Below the pieces are notes generated by a model that saw only the letters and a program-made list of their open reading frames with translations, did no database searches and was not told the origin of the DNA. DNA of 64,000 nt from Microgenomates group bacterium Gr01-1014_5 (GTDB taxonomy: Bacteria > Patescibacteriota > Microgenomatia > UBA8517 > UBA10165): contig VMGE01000005.1 in assembly GCA_007376395.1 (NCBI GenBank), forward strand, positions 2,821 through 66,820, written 5' to 3'. Below, one piece after another: positions 21,090 through 31,503 of the stretch (position 1 is the stretch's first letter; every line of letters begins with the position of its first letter). The position numbers were made by a program, and so were the translations under genes.

Positions 21090-22095
21090 TTTGTTTAAGC
21101 CTCCTTTCGTCTATAATTAGTTCTTGTGTTTTAGTTATTAATTCTTCTGTATTTTCCCAGATTAATCCGTCTTGCCCATTAGCAACTATTTCCTCGTGTC
21201 CGCCTTTTTTAACAATCACAGGAACTGCTCCGTGCGTCATTGCTTCAACAACAGTAATTCCAAAATGCTCGACTCTAGCAGGCTCGCTCTGCTCGTCTAT
21301 ACCATACCCAGAGGCAGACCAGTAAAGAGAAGCTTTCTCATAAAACTTTATTACTTCTTTGTACGGCAGGTTTTCTAAAACATCGATAGGATATCCTTGT
21401 GCAGTTTTTTTAAGATTGGGGACAATGTCTCCTGCCCCGACACTACTGCCGCCTATGAGAACCAGTCGCCAATTTTTCAAGCCCTTTTTACACATATCCT
21501 TAAAAACTTCTATTAATATCTCTTGGCCTTTAGCTTGCTGTAAGCGGGAGTAACGACCGACATAAATAATTATTTTCTCTTTTTCGACCTTTGTTGTGTT
21601 TTTAGACAAACTTACCGGAGGGTATAGAACAGTGCTGTTAACAGCGAATTCTTTATCTATAAAAGATTTCGTATATTGCGAGTTACAAATTATATTATTG
21701 ACTCTTAATAGTTTTAATTTGTTAAAGATAGACTTTCCGCCAACATCTTTAAAAGGGGTTTGAAAGTGGAGAATATTTTTTTTAGCAAGTAGTAAAGGGA
21801 TACTTCCGTCAGAGATCCAAAAAATAAGGTCATAACCGGCTCCACGGCTTACATTATCAACAATATTAATTCCGGAAAGATCCATACCCAGCCTCTCTTC
21901 TAACCATGGCAAGGTCTTCTTGTCTTTCCACTGAAAGTCAACTTTCCACCCGTTTTTTATTAACGCACGAGCAAAGGTTAGGACGTAACGTTCTCCTCCG
22001 CCTCCTGTGTCTAAATATGGATCATAAAAAGCAGCCTTTTTCATGAATTTTGACTTTTGATTTTTGAATTTTGATTTTCTGACTGCATCTCCCAC
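21010..22095 (-). CDS. GT4 (group 1) glycosyltransferase
   Basis: EHFGITVVEAMTHGAVPVIV (E-x7-E); N-terminus overlaps A/T heptad array. Confidence 0.8.
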   Translation of the reverse strand: MGDAVRKSKFKNQKSKFMKKAAFYDPYLDTGGGGERYVLTFARALIKNGWKVDFQWKDKKTLPWLEERLGMDLSGINIVDNVSRGAGYDLIFWISDGSIPLLLAKKNILHFQTPFKDVGGKSIFNKLKLLRVNNIICNSQYTKSFIDKEFAVNSTVLYPPVSLSKNTTKVEKEKIIIYVGRYSRLQQAKGQEILIEVFKDMCKKGLKNWRLVLIGGSSVGAGDIVPNLKKTAQGYPIDVLENLPYKEVIKFYEKASLYWSASGYGIDEQSEPARVEHFGITVVEAMTHGAVPVIVKKGGHEEIVANGQDGLIWENTEELITKTQELIIDERRLKQIANKAREKAKKFSEEEFEKNLFRYIK

Positions 22096-22820
22096 AATTT
22101 CGCGTATGTTACAAAGCGGCTATACCCTTGATAGATGCAATATATTATCCCTTCTGGTCCATCTAAAAAACCAAGTTTGTTTATTAAACGATATCCCAGC
22201 TCTTGTCCCACGATTCTAAAGAATCTCCACCAAGCCATAGGCGGGTGGTTAGCGTTAAACAAAAGCCTAGCTTCGTAAACCGAGTATCTGTTTGTTTTTT
22301 CAACCATGTCTGAAAGATTGTCCTCTTTTAGGTGAACGAGTGCTTCTTTTAAACTCCCCATTTTCCCTTTAAATTTTGGCTGCTCGTGAACTTCTCCTTC
22401 CCAACCAAGAAGGGCTTCCTTTTTAATAAGTCTTAATACCCTGTCCGGCCACCAACCGCCGTGTCTTAACCACTTACCAAAAACATAATTTTTCCTTGGA
22501 ATATCATATGCCGTAAAGATGCCGGTTTGCACAGCATCAGAAATTTCTTTTGCTAACTTTGACGAAAGGCGCTCGTCGTGATCAATATAAAATATCCATT
22601 CATTGTGGGCAAGCTTTGCGGCTTCACTGCGCCAAGCGGCATAATTCTGACCTTTTGCACGACTTATTCTACTGCCGAATTTTTTAACAATATTTAAGGT
22701 TTCATCTGTCGATCCTGTGTCTAAAACTATAATTTCATCTGCTATATCTTTTACCGACTTAAGACAATCCTCTATTTTGTCCGCAGCATTTTTAACTAAA
22801 ATAATTACAGAAATTTTCAC
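22041..22820 (-). CDS. GT2 glycosyltransferase
   Basis: ISVIILVKNAADKIEDCL...IIVLDTGSTDETLNI. Confidence 0.75.
   Translation of the reverse strand: MKISVIILVKNAADKIEDCLKSVKDIADEIIVLDTGSTDETLNIVKKFGSRISRAKGQNYAAWRSEAAKLAHNEWIFYIDHDERLSSKLAKEISDAVQTGIFTAYDIPRKNYVFGKWLRHGGWWPDRVLRLIKKEALLGWEGEVHEQPKFKGKMGSLKEALVHLKEDNLSDMVEKTNRYSVYEARLLFNANHPPMAWWRFFRIVGQELGYRLINKLGFLDGPEGIIYCIYQGYSRFVTYAKLWEMQSENQNSKIKSQNS
22045..22079. repeat. A/T-rich heptad array (gaatttt gactttt gattttt gaatttt gattttc) spanning the overlap of CDS 22041..22820 and 21010..22095
   Basis: five 7-nt units, period exact. Confidence 0.8.
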
Positions 22821-23725
22821 TTGTAACTCCCTCTACCCAAACTACCTTTGTAAAAATCTATTACCCCTTGCCTCTGCCACGGCCTACCCTGAACTAATAA
22901 TCTTAGGCTTTCTTTAATAATAGCTATTTTAGCGCGTACCGGAGCGTACTTTATTCCAAACAACAATCTATTACGGGTAATGTAATAGTCGTTAAGATTA
23001 CTTCCAATCCCTGAGCTCTGGGAAACTTTGTGCCAAACTTTTGCCTGAGGAACAAAGATAATTTTCCGACCAAAACGCTGCACTCTTTGTGATAAATCAG
23101 CATCCTCAAGATAGAGGTAGAATTTTTCATCAAACAAGCCCACACTTTCGATTATTTCGCGGCGAATCATCATACAGGCGCCAGTCGCAAAATCAATCTC
23201 ATGGATTTTCTCGTACTGCCCTATATCAGTATCATCCACACCGTAGTTAGAGGCTAAAACATTATCCCAATCTATAACTCCTCCTGCGTACCAGACAACT
23301 CTGCCCTTTTCTCTTTCCGGATATTTGCCTTTGTGATACTCGAACCCTGGATAGAAATAAATCATCGGTGAAAGTATCCCTGCGTCTTTATTATTATCTG
23401 CGGCCTCAATCAAATGAGTAATGAGGTTTTTATCCACAATAGTGTCGTTATTTAAAGTCAAGACGAAGTCAGCTCCGTTTTCAACCGCTTTTTTAATACC
23501 AATATTGTTTCCAGCGGAAAAACCAAGGTTTTCTCCGGTCTCGATAACTTCCATTTTCGGATATTTCTTTTTAATGGCTTTGAAGGAATCGTCGGTCGAA
23601 CCATTATCCACCACGATAATTTTCAGATGACAGCCGACAATTGACAACTGGCCAACTGATTTTAGACACTCGAGGGTGTCTCTTTTCCCATTCCAATTAA
23701 GAATAACAATTGTTATTTCTCTCAT
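22817..23725 (-). CDS. GT2 glycosyltransferase
   Basis: ITIVILNWNGKRDTLECL...IIVVDNGSTDDS. Confidence 0.75.
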   Translation of the reverse strand: MREITIVILNWNGKRDTLECLKSVGQLSIVGCHLKIIVVDNGSTDDSFKAIKKKYPKMEVIETGENLGFSAGNNIGIKKAVENGADFVLTLNNDTIVDKNLITHLIEAADNNKDAGILSPMIYFYPGFEYHKGKYPEREKGRVVWYAGGVIDWDNVLASNYGVDDTDIGQYEKIHEIDFATGACMMIRREIIESVGLFDEKFYLYLEDADLSQRVQRFGRKIIFVPQAKVWHKVSQSSGIGSNLNDYYITRNRLLFGIKYAPVRAKIAIIKESLRLLVQGRPWQRQGVIDFYKGSLGRGSYK

Positions 23726-24633
23726 CTGAGAAGTTTACGGAGGGCGCGCTTAACAACCCCGGGATGTCTGAACTTTTTAGCAACTAACCAGTGATCGATT
23801 TGCGCTTCTGCCTCAGTTACCACATTTTCTATCTCAGACTCTTTTATCTCTTCCTCCCTAAACTTTTCTTTCTCCCATACTTTAATGTAAACAACAGCTT
23901 CGGAGAGCGCCTGTAACAAGGATAGGGCTATGCCATGTACACCATCTTTATAACCTTCCCCTACAAAATATCTACTTAAAAATTCTCCTACCGGCTTTTT
24001 GACCAGATCTTGCCAGTCGAATTTGTAACCTTCACCAATAAGTGCTTTAGCCTGAATATCTGTATATCTATCCATGCGGGTGATGTATTGAGAAACGGAA
24101 TTATAATTATGGTGGACAAGCGCGTAATCTAGTTTTGCCTCAATATCAAGTCCCTTACCTTGAGTCACGGGCACAGAATGGATAATTTCATTCCAAACAA
24201 CTTTTCCTTTTTTAAAAAAACGGATATTATAGTCAGGCCACCACCGGGAATGTTCGAGCCAGCGGCCAAAAACGATATTTTTCCGTGGAAGACGATAATA
24301 GTCAGCTTTGCCTGTCTTTGTTAATTGTTTTAATTTCTTGACAAGCGAGGGTAGAGTTTCCTCGTCAGCATCTAATATTAGAATCCAGTCGCTCGTTGCA
24401 CGGGAGATTGCATAATTTCTCGCTGGTTCTACATAACCTGTTAGTTTATGTTTAAAGACTTTAGCACCCGCGTTCTTGGCGATTTCAACTGTTTTATCGG
24501 TCGATTCCATGTCCGTCACCACAATCTCGTCTGCCAAATCTTTTACTGAAGCCAAACAGCGAGGGAGGTTTTTCTCCTCATTACGCGTATTAATTACAAC
24601 AGATATAGCCATCCTACTTGTAAATTGTAGCAC
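23722..24633 (-). CDS. GT2 glycosyltransferase
   Basis: ISVVINTRNEEKNLPRCL...IVVTDMESTDKTVEIA...LDADE. Confidence 0.75.
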   Translation of the reverse strand: MLQFTSRMAISVVINTRNEEKNLPRCLASVKDLADEIVVTDMESTDKTVEIAKNAGAKVFKHKLTGYVEPARNYAISRATSDWILILDADEETLPSLVKKLKQLTKTGKADYYRLPRKNIVFGRWLEHSRWWPDYNIRFFKKGKVVWNEIIHSVPVTQGKGLDIEAKLDYALVHHNYNSVSQYITRMDRYTDIQAKALIGEGYKFDWQDLVKKPVGEFLSRYFVGEGYKDGVHGIALSLLQALSEAVVYIKVWEKEKFREEEIKESEIENVVTEAEAQIDHWLVAKKFRHPGVVKRALRKLLR

Positions 24634-24642
24634 TAACTAAAG

Positions 24643-26391
24643 CTACTTCGCCAGAAGCCCTGATTTGTTAATTTTATAGATATCCACTTCGCTGTTTTCG
24701 AAAATTCGCAATATTCCAATCTGAGTCTCTCCTAAAGTTGCCCTTTGGGGCTTAACCCAATAAATATAGCGAATATCGTTCTTTTCTAAAAAACCTTTCA
24801 CCTCATCTTGATTTAGATTTCCAAGCCAATCTAACACTTTTTTGCGTCGCTCTTTCCAGTTGTAGTCAGTAATATCCATATTGACTTCATCTTCTAAATA
24901 AACAGGTTGGGCTGAAAACGCCGCAACGTAAGCTGTTGACTCATAAAGATACAATGGCCTCGGCGGGTTGGCAATCGCCTTTTCGGCAGCAGTTCTGTCA
25001 AACGGGTAGGTCAAAACAACGCCTTTGGGTTGGCTTTTTAAAAACTTTAGAGCCTCAAGTTCTGCCGTTGAAATTTTAGCAGGAGGTCTAGCGGGAAGGT
25101 AGTGATACCACAAGGTCGAAAAACTCGTGGGTACGGTTAATAAAACGAGTATTGTTCCCCAAACAACTCTATTCTTGTTTTTTTCTAACCACTGACCTGC
25201 CACAATACCCGCAAGAATGCTGGAGAAAAAGAGTGAATAATAAGTAAATTGGATCGTGTTCCACGGCGTCCCTTTTTGTAAGAAAAACATCGGAATTAGT
25301 GCCCCTCCGACAATCACACTGGCTAAGAAAGTCTCTACCACCCCAAAACCTTTCCAATCCCTAATCCATCTAAACACCAAGATCTCCTTAATACCCCTAG
25401 TTCCTAAATTTCCAAACCAAAAAATCGCGAAAGCGATAGCGTATGCAGGAATTGCTTTTACGAAATTCCCTCCGGATTTATACGCCATCATCGCGTCAAA
25501 ATAACGCTGCCAGCCGAAGCGGTCTGATAAAGCCATCATTGTTTCCAAAAACCAAAAAGGTTGATAAACCAACAGACTTCCCTCAGTTCTGGTAAAAAGC
25601 TTAAAGACGACAAAGGAAATTGCACCCGAGGCAACAGATGCAATAAGATAGGTGAAGTTTTTATCTCTTATTACTCTCAATACACCCAAAAAACCCAATC
25701 CGCCCAGCGCCAAAATTCCTGCGTAAACTTTAATTTCTATAACTAAGCCGAAAAACAAAACTACACCAAGTAAATATTTCCAATTTTTTGTTTTATCAAA
25801 CCTTACTAACGCAATAATTCCAGCTAGTAAAACAATTAGGGACGCCGCAAAGGGAGGGTTTAACAAGGTTGAAACCGAAGATTGAGCCCAAAACATAGAT
25901 TCTCCACCAACCATACCGTCACGCAATAAGGTCACTATCCAACCAAAACTTCCACCAAAATAAACAAAAAATAACGACCACAAAGCTTGTACTTTTGAAT
26001 TTGTAAAATCTAGAACGAGTTTGTAAGATAACCAGCCAATTAGCAAAGCGAAAATTGGAGGGAGTATTTGAAAATAAAGGTTAAGAGTCGGAATACCAGA
26101 AATTTGATGTAAAAAGGCGACAAATAAATCAAAGCCCAAGTGATAATTTTTAAATGCTTCGCCGGAAAAGACCGGCATATCGAGAAAATTTAAATTATTA
26201 GCAGCAAGATGGTTAATTAAGGCCAAATGCCAAATTCCATCATGTCCGTTTGGGCCCCAAAACCCCGCTCCATAGGAGTAAATCCAACCGCTCTTGACCA
26301 TGGTTAAACTCCATGAAATAGTCCCTAATAAAAGGATTAGAAGGAAAAGAAATTTATCTTTTAATAAGCGCATAGAAAACCTTTCTCGCAT
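24643..26391 (-). CDS. polytopic membrane protein, putative GT-C glycosyltransferase/polymerase-like (family not recognised)
   Basis: 582 aa, many TM helices, periplasmic loop with WGPNGHDGIWHLAL; embedded in glycosylation locus. Confidence 0.4.
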   Translation of the reverse strand: MRERFSMRLLKDKFLFLLILLLGTISWSLTMVKSGWIYSYGAGFWGPNGHDGIWHLALINHLAANNLNFLDMPVFSGEAFKNYHLGFDLFVAFLHQISGIPTLNLYFQILPPIFALLIGWLSYKLVLDFTNSKVQALWSLFFVYFGGSFGWIVTLLRDGMVGGESMFWAQSSVSTLLNPPFAASLIVLLAGIIALVRFDKTKNWKYLLGVVLFFGLVIEIKVYAGILALGGLGFLGVLRVIRDKNFTYLIASVASGAISFVVFKLFTRTEGSLLVYQPFWFLETMMALSDRFGWQRYFDAMMAYKSGGNFVKAIPAYAIAFAIFWFGNLGTRGIKEILVFRWIRDWKGFGVVETFLASVIVGGALIPMFFLQKGTPWNTIQFTYYSLFFSSILAGIVAGQWLEKNKNRVVWGTILVLLTVPTSFSTLWYHYLPARPPAKISTAELEALKFLKSQPKGVVLTYPFDRTAAEKAIANPPRPLYLYESTAYVAAFSAQPVYLEDEVNMDITDYNWKERRKKVLDWLGNLNQDEVKGFLEKNDIRYIYWVKPQRATLGETQIGILRIFENSEVDIYKINKSGLLAK

Positions 26392-27835
26392 CTTTTAATA
26401 AGGTTTGTCCCACAAGTAGTAATATTCCGAAAGAATAAACTAACCCTCCAAAAACCAGGAGTATAACCACCCACTGCAAACTTGGCGGCATCATATTCCG
26501 GATAATGAGCAAAATTATCCCCATACCCAAAGACGCAACCAAAGGTTTTAATACCGGTGTTCCAAGGGAAAATAAAACATATTTCCTGACAATAAAAATT
26601 GCAACGACAGAGGAGGACGAGACCAATGCGTAGCCTACTGCAGCGCCGTTTATGCCGTAGTTGATTGCCAAATAGGGAATTAGCAACCAGTTTAATATTG
26701 TCCACATAATCATTAAGTAAAAGTGTATTTTTATTTTCCCGATAGCGTTTAAAGCATTGGTTAAAGGTGTCGTTACAGCCGCAAAGAGCGCACTTGTCCC
26801 AAACATACTCAGGGCAAAAAGAGCAGGCTGCCATTTTGCATACCTGGGAACAATCTCGATAATTACCGGAGCAAGGATTGCTAACCCAATAACTGCGGGA
26901 AAAACTAGAAAGCAGACAAAAAAGACTGCGCGCGAAACCGCATTTGCCAGCTCATCTTCCTTATCCTGTAAACGCGAAAAAGCTGGGAAAGTAACTTTTA
27001 TTACCTGATCCATAAAAAAGCGTAATGGCGCCTGTCCCCACTTCTGTCCCCACATTAAAAGACCAATACCAGAGTCTCCAAGTATTCTTCCTAGTACTAA
27101 TATAAGACCGTCATCTTTAAGCATTGCTAAAAAAGTGTTGGTTTGATATGGAACCCCAAACCGCAGTAATGTTTTAAGTGCTGATTTCGAGAAAGCAAAT
27201 CCGGGAGTCCAAGGCTGGAGAATATAAGTCAGCACTAGTCCCACTAAAGCTTGCAGTAGAACACCGACAGTAAAGCTGGTTAAACCAAACCCTTGAGTAG
27301 CTAAATAAATTACTGTTGCGTTGAAAACTATCGTATCTGCAATCTGAGGAATAATTAGTTTTTCAAATTGTAGTTTACGTTCTAATATGATTGTCGGAAT
27401 CGTTCTTAAAGAAGAAATAAAGAAAGACACCCCAAGAGCCCAAAGTAAATAGACAATTTCGTCAGACCATTTATAAAAGTTTTGTAAAAAAGGTGTGGTA
27501 AAAAATAAGACGACAAGTAGAAATATTACTAATGACTGCTGAATTAAAAAAGTCGATTTTAAATCTTCGTCAGTCAACGCTTCCTTTTTTTGAATTAAAG
27601 CTCCAGCCAAACCAATGTCCGAAAAGTAAGACAGAAAATTTTTAACAGCCAAAACAAGAGAGTAAGTTCCCAGTTGCGCGATCTCAAATAAAGAACCGTA
27701 AACACCGAAGGCTACTAAACCAACAATTTGCAAGAAAAAGGTACGGAAGGTTAAAGCCGCAATGCCCGAAATGGTTCTCTTTTTGACTGATTCTAAGTCG
27801 GGGTCCTCTGACGTGTATTCTAAATTACCTATCAC
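26354..27835 (-). CDS. Wzx-like oligosaccharide flippase (polysaccharide biosynthesis protein, MOP superfamily)
   Basis: 493 aa, ~12-14 TM; N-terminal pattern typical of Wzx/PST family. Confidence 0.65.
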   Translation of the reverse strand: MIGNLEYTSEDPDLESVKKRTISGIAALTFRTFFLQIVGLVAFGVYGSLFEIAQLGTYSLVLAVKNFLSYFSDIGLAGALIQKKEALTDEDLKSTFLIQQSLVIFLLVVLFFTTPFLQNFYKWSDEIVYLLWALGVSFFISSLRTIPTIILERKLQFEKLIIPQIADTIVFNATVIYLATQGFGLTSFTVGVLLQALVGLVLTYILQPWTPGFAFSKSALKTLLRFGVPYQTNTFLAMLKDDGLILVLGRILGDSGIGLLMWGQKWGQAPLRFFMDQVIKVTFPAFSRLQDKEDELANAVSRAVFFVCFLVFPAVIGLAILAPVIIEIVPRYAKWQPALFALSMFGTSALFAAVTTPLTNALNAIGKIKIHFYLMIMWTILNWLLIPYLAINYGINGAAVGYALVSSSSVVAIFIVRKYVLFSLGTPVLKPLVASLGMGIILLIIRNMMPPSLQWVVILLVFGGLVYSFGILLLVGQTLLKDARKVFYALIKR

Positions 27836-27883
27836 AACTTAAATTCTAACACGAAGTGTCTGATTTCCTGAAAGCTTTCAACT

Positions 27884-29623
27884 CTAATATTTGATATCTG
27901 TTAAAAAATTCTGACAAAAGTCTTCTATGGATAGATTTTCTATATCAAGATAGTCGATGTCTTTGATTAAAGGATAGTGTCGGGAAACATAATTGCGACA
28001 AAGTTCATCGCTCGTGATCACATACAAAGCACGACCATCTTTAATTGAAGCAATAGAACTTCCTCTAAGTTCTTGAGAGCAAGGAATTCTTGTATCTACT
28101 ATCAAATTTGTATTTTCTGTAAAGTCAGGACAATCACCAGCGATATTAAGATTGCCTATGCTATAATCTTCCTGAGAAAATCTTGCATTAGTTGTTTTAA
28201 TAGATTGTGTATCGTTATAGAGTTTATTAAACAATAGATACCTGTACGCAGTTTGCTTTGGTGTTGCTGAAACTAGGGTGATATCACCGAGGTTTTTGTC
28301 AAATGAGGATTTAATATATTTTGCAACAACGCGATCTGGCAAAAACCATCCTTCATTTCGATCTATAGGAAGCCTTGAAAAATATTGAATAGCAAAGTTG
28401 CCTACAAAGAGCAAATATACCGCGAAAATTGCCACATATGTTAAATTTCTTTGCGATAATAAAGAGAAACTATTTTTAAGGTAATAAATCCCTATTGCTG
28501 ATATCAATGTCAAGATTGGAAACAGAATTACCGTCCTTATCATATAGGTAGTTCCTTGGAGGTTTAGGAAATTTGGAATCAGTGTTATTACCAAAAAGCC
28601 CAAGAATGTAAAAAGAAGTCCTGGATTTGTCCTTGCCAGAAATACCAAACCAAAAACTATTAATGGCAGGTCTATTAAATATAGGGGTGCATGGTCAGAA
28701 ATTGCAAGGGAAGGGATACTTTCTGGCTGACCATCTTGAAAAAGGAAATTAGCTGACAGTGCCCCAAGAGCAGCCCGAGTTCTGTGTCTAATCTCTTCGA
28801 CATATTTATTTTCATAAATCTCTACAAGTGGAAAATCTAGACTTTGCGTCCGTTTAAGGTTTACAACTCCTTGAATATTTTGATCATTTAACTCCCTAAA
28901 TCTTACTCCGGCAGGAGATTTGGACAGGAGGGGCAAATAAATAGTTAAAAATGTCAATAGTAATAAACTGACTAGTAGCGCTGGTTTAACTGAGCTCTTA
29001 GGACTTATGAATCTAGCGCTTGCGAGAGTAAACAGAGCTAGGGGCAACATTATAGTTTTAGCAGAGAAATAACTTAGCAAGCCTGCCAAAAATAAGGGTG
29101 TAGCCCAGAGAATTTTCCAACCTTTAAAACTGAAGACAATATAAATTGCCAAAAGGTAAAAAAATGCACTAAAGATTGACTCGTATCCTGAACGTGCAAA
29201 GAAAATTGACCACGGGTTAATTGCAGCCAAAAAAGCAGCAATAAGCCCTGCCTCGCGTCCAATAAGTCTTTTTACTAATAGATAAGAGACACAGACCACT
29301 CCCAAACTAGCAAATATGAAAGGTAGCTTAACAATCGGCCAGGAAAATCCAAAAATTGCAATAAAAGGAACTATTAACCAAGAGCTTATCTCGCTGTGAA
29401 TTCCTCCTCCTAAATTTCCGCTGGTCTTACCTAAAATTCCAGTTACGACCCCTGGTATGTTTTGTCCTGTGTGTAACAATGATTGTGCATTGATAATAAT
29501 GTTTATTTCATCGTTGGCCATGCTAGGCGGAACTTGAATAAGAAAAATTGTCCTCAATAAAATACCAAGAAAAAATATGGCGAAAATCGGTATTTTACTG
29601 TTAAACAGTTTTGACAGAATCAT
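27884..29623 (-). CDS. divergent GT39/PMT-like GT-C membrane glycosyltransferase, paralog A6
   Basis: PPSMANDEINIIINAQSLLHTGQNIPG loop with DE; polytopic 579 aa. Confidence 0.5.
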   Translation of the reverse strand: MILSKLFNSKIPIFAIFFLGILLRTIFLIQVPPSMANDEINIIINAQSLLHTGQNIPGVVTGILGKTSGNLGGGIHSEISSWLIVPFIAIFGFSWPIVKLPFIFASLGVVCVSYLLVKRLIGREAGLIAAFLAAINPWSIFFARSGYESIFSAFFYLLAIYIVFSFKGWKILWATPLFLAGLLSYFSAKTIMLPLALFTLASARFISPKSSVKPALLVSLLLLTFLTIYLPLLSKSPAGVRFRELNDQNIQGVVNLKRTQSLDFPLVEIYENKYVEEIRHRTRAALGALSANFLFQDGQPESIPSLAISDHAPLYLIDLPLIVFGLVFLARTNPGLLFTFLGFLVITLIPNFLNLQGTTYMIRTVILFPILTLISAIGIYYLKNSFSLLSQRNLTYVAIFAVYLLFVGNFAIQYFSRLPIDRNEGWFLPDRVVAKYIKSSFDKNLGDITLVSATPKQTAYRYLLFNKLYNDTQSIKTTNARFSQEDYSIGNLNIAGDCPDFTENTNLIVDTRIPCSQELRGSSIASIKDGRALYVITSDELCRNYVSRHYPLIKDIDYLDIENLSIEDFCQNFLTDIKY

Positions 29624-29754
29624 TAAACTAATTTTACCAGACGCGTAAACAGTATATCATGCTAACCCTGAACGCAGCGAAGTGAAATAATCATTGACTT
29701 ATCTTAAATTCACAAGATTTTTCGCTATGCTTGGGAAGACAATTACCAGAAGCG

Positions 29755-31503
29755 TTAAGGGTTTGTCTTCACAATCCTAAAAGCTACAGTTTTGTCAGGG
29801 TATTTTAATTCCTTGATCAAGGTTAGCCCATGTCTCTCGATTTGTTCAGGAGAAATTGCCAACTCATCCCCAATTAGATACTGGATAATTCGCAAATCTT
29901 TTTCCCAATTAATCGGCCTGGTGGTGATATTGTCAAACTTTATTGTCGTCTTGCGGTTCATATCTGTGTAATAATTCTCAAGATCTATTTCCTTATTTTC
30001 CTTTTGATATTTGGCAGGATCGTATTGTAAAAAGAACGCCAGCTCGATATATGGCTCTTCGCGGCTATTGTCAATAACTACAGGCAGGTTGGAGTCAAAA
30101 GTTTTTATAGTGGTCACTACTTTGTTCCAGCCCCAATCCCAATCGCGAGCTCTAAAATATTCGTTGAGTAATATTGCTGAACTGTAAAGTTTCCCGAGAC
30201 TGTAAACCAGCAACAAAACTGAAAACACTGCAACGCCTGGTAAAAAAACTTTTTTTAGTCCCAATTTCCCTAATAATCCTCTTGCCCATACAAAAACAGA
30301 GATTATTCCCAGACTAATAATAATCGTTTGCGGGATAACCAACGGTAAAGCACGATAAGTATTATAAGGGTCACGAGTAATTGCGGCTGGGATTGGAGCA
30401 AGAAGTAAAAGTGTTAAAACAAAAAACTTAAGTTCTCCAAGTTTCGACTTTGTAAAGATGTATAATCCCGCAAGATAAAAAGGCAGCTGCCAGATGAAAA
30501 ACGTAGCAAGCTCGGGAAAAGAGCTTCTCGGTTCGTAATCTCCTACGTTAAACATTAGCCGCGGTGAAAAGTAAGAAAGGTATAAAGCTATAAACTCTTG
30601 TACAGACAAAAACCAGCGGGAGTTAACCAGGAAAGAGAAAAAACTATGATAGTCGGAAATGAATCCTGCGGGAGTTCTTGTTTCAGAAAAAATGTTTAGA
30701 CCGGCGGCCCTGGCAAAAAATCCGGGAGTTGTCGCGATGGACAGAGTCGGCAACGAGACGCCAATTCCAATTATAACTGCCAATATTGCCCACTTTATGT
30801 GTGATTTACTAAAAATTATCTTCCTGTGTTTTAAGGTCAGAAGTATAACCATTAAGGGAGTAACAAGTCTTTGTGCGTGATAAGCAGGAACGGCAATGGC
30901 AAAAAGCACTGCTGCAATTAATAATAAAAATGGACGCTGTAGGCTCAGGTAAAAAACATACACTCCGGACAAAAGGAAAAAGAGAGCCAGATTACACTCA
31001 ATATATGTTCTACTGAAAACGATGTGCCACGGAGAAATTGCAAAAAGGAACGTGGTTAAAAATGCAAGCGGTAACGACATATTTTTAGGAGTAAGTTTTC
31101 TAACCAGAAGAAAGAGAATGGGTATTGTAAAAATACTAAAAATAAACGATGGGAAACGAACGGTAAACGGAGTTAAACCAAATTGGGGAATTAATGGAAC
31201 AATCGAATAAATATAAACCGGTGTTTTAAAATCAGTAAAGGAACGGAAAACAATAGGGTAATCTTTACCAAATTCATCTTTGCCTGTTTTTAATATTGAA
31301 TAAGCGCTATAACCTTGGCCTGCTTCGTCAACATATAAACCAGCGGGGGCTTCTCCTAATTTATAAAACCGGGTTAAAACGGCAAGTCCAATTACTAAAA
31401 GCAAAATTAAAGTGGCTAATATTTTTTTCACTGGTATCCTAAAAAAATTCTTAACAATTGCGGTACGGTAAAAATCCAAAAAGCGCTCGCTGTGTATTTC
31501 CAA
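29755..31503 (-). CDS. GT39/PMT-family GT-C membrane glycosyltransferase, paralog A7
   Basis: GLYVDEAGQGYSAYSILKTGKDEFG. Confidence 0.7.
   Translation of the reverse strand: MEIHSERFLDFYRTAIVKNFFRIPVKKILATLILLLVIGLAVLTRFYKLGEAPAGLYVDEAGQGYSAYSILKTGKDEFGKDYPIVFRSFTDFKTPVYIYSIVPLIPQFGLTPFTVRFPSFIFSIFTIPILFLLVRKLTPKNMSLPLAFLTTFLFAISPWHIVFSRTYIECNLALFFLLSGVYVFYLSLQRPFLLLIAAVLFAIAVPAYHAQRLVTPLMVILLTLKHRKIIFSKSHIKWAILAVIIGIGVSLPTLSIATTPGFFARAAGLNIFSETRTPAGFISDYHSFFSFLVNSRWFLSVQEFIALYLSYFSPRLMFNVGDYEPRSSFPELATFFIWQLPFYLAGLYIFTKSKLGELKFFVLTLLLLAPIPAAITRDPYNTYRALPLVIPQTIIISLGIISVFVWARGLLGKLGLKKVFLPGVAVFSVLLLVYSLGKLYSSAILLNEYFRARDWDWGWNKVVTTIKTFDSNLPVVIDNSREEPYIELAFFLQYDPAKYQKENKEIDLENYYTDMNRKTTIKFDNITTRPINWEKDLRIIQYLIGDELAISPEQIERHGLTLIKELKYPDKTVAFRIVKTNP

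Noticed and set aside
22045-22079. Possibility that the heptad arrays are CRISPR remnants or a minisatellite assembly artefact
   Set aside because: The units are 7 nt with no spacers, the arrays total only ~35 bp, and several lie in frame inside conserved CDSs read through without stops. They are not CRISPR. An assembly artefact is unlikely because the flanks are unique and coding is preserved.
29624-29754. 130-bp intergenic region checked for tRNA/ncRNA, along with the other spacers at 33446..33494, 58822..59001 and 59866..60026
   Set aside because: No cloverleaf-compatible stems or conserved tRNA boxes were seen. An extended -10 (TGaTATACT) at 29651..29659 (minus) may be a promoter for 27884..29623, but it is too weak to list as a feature.
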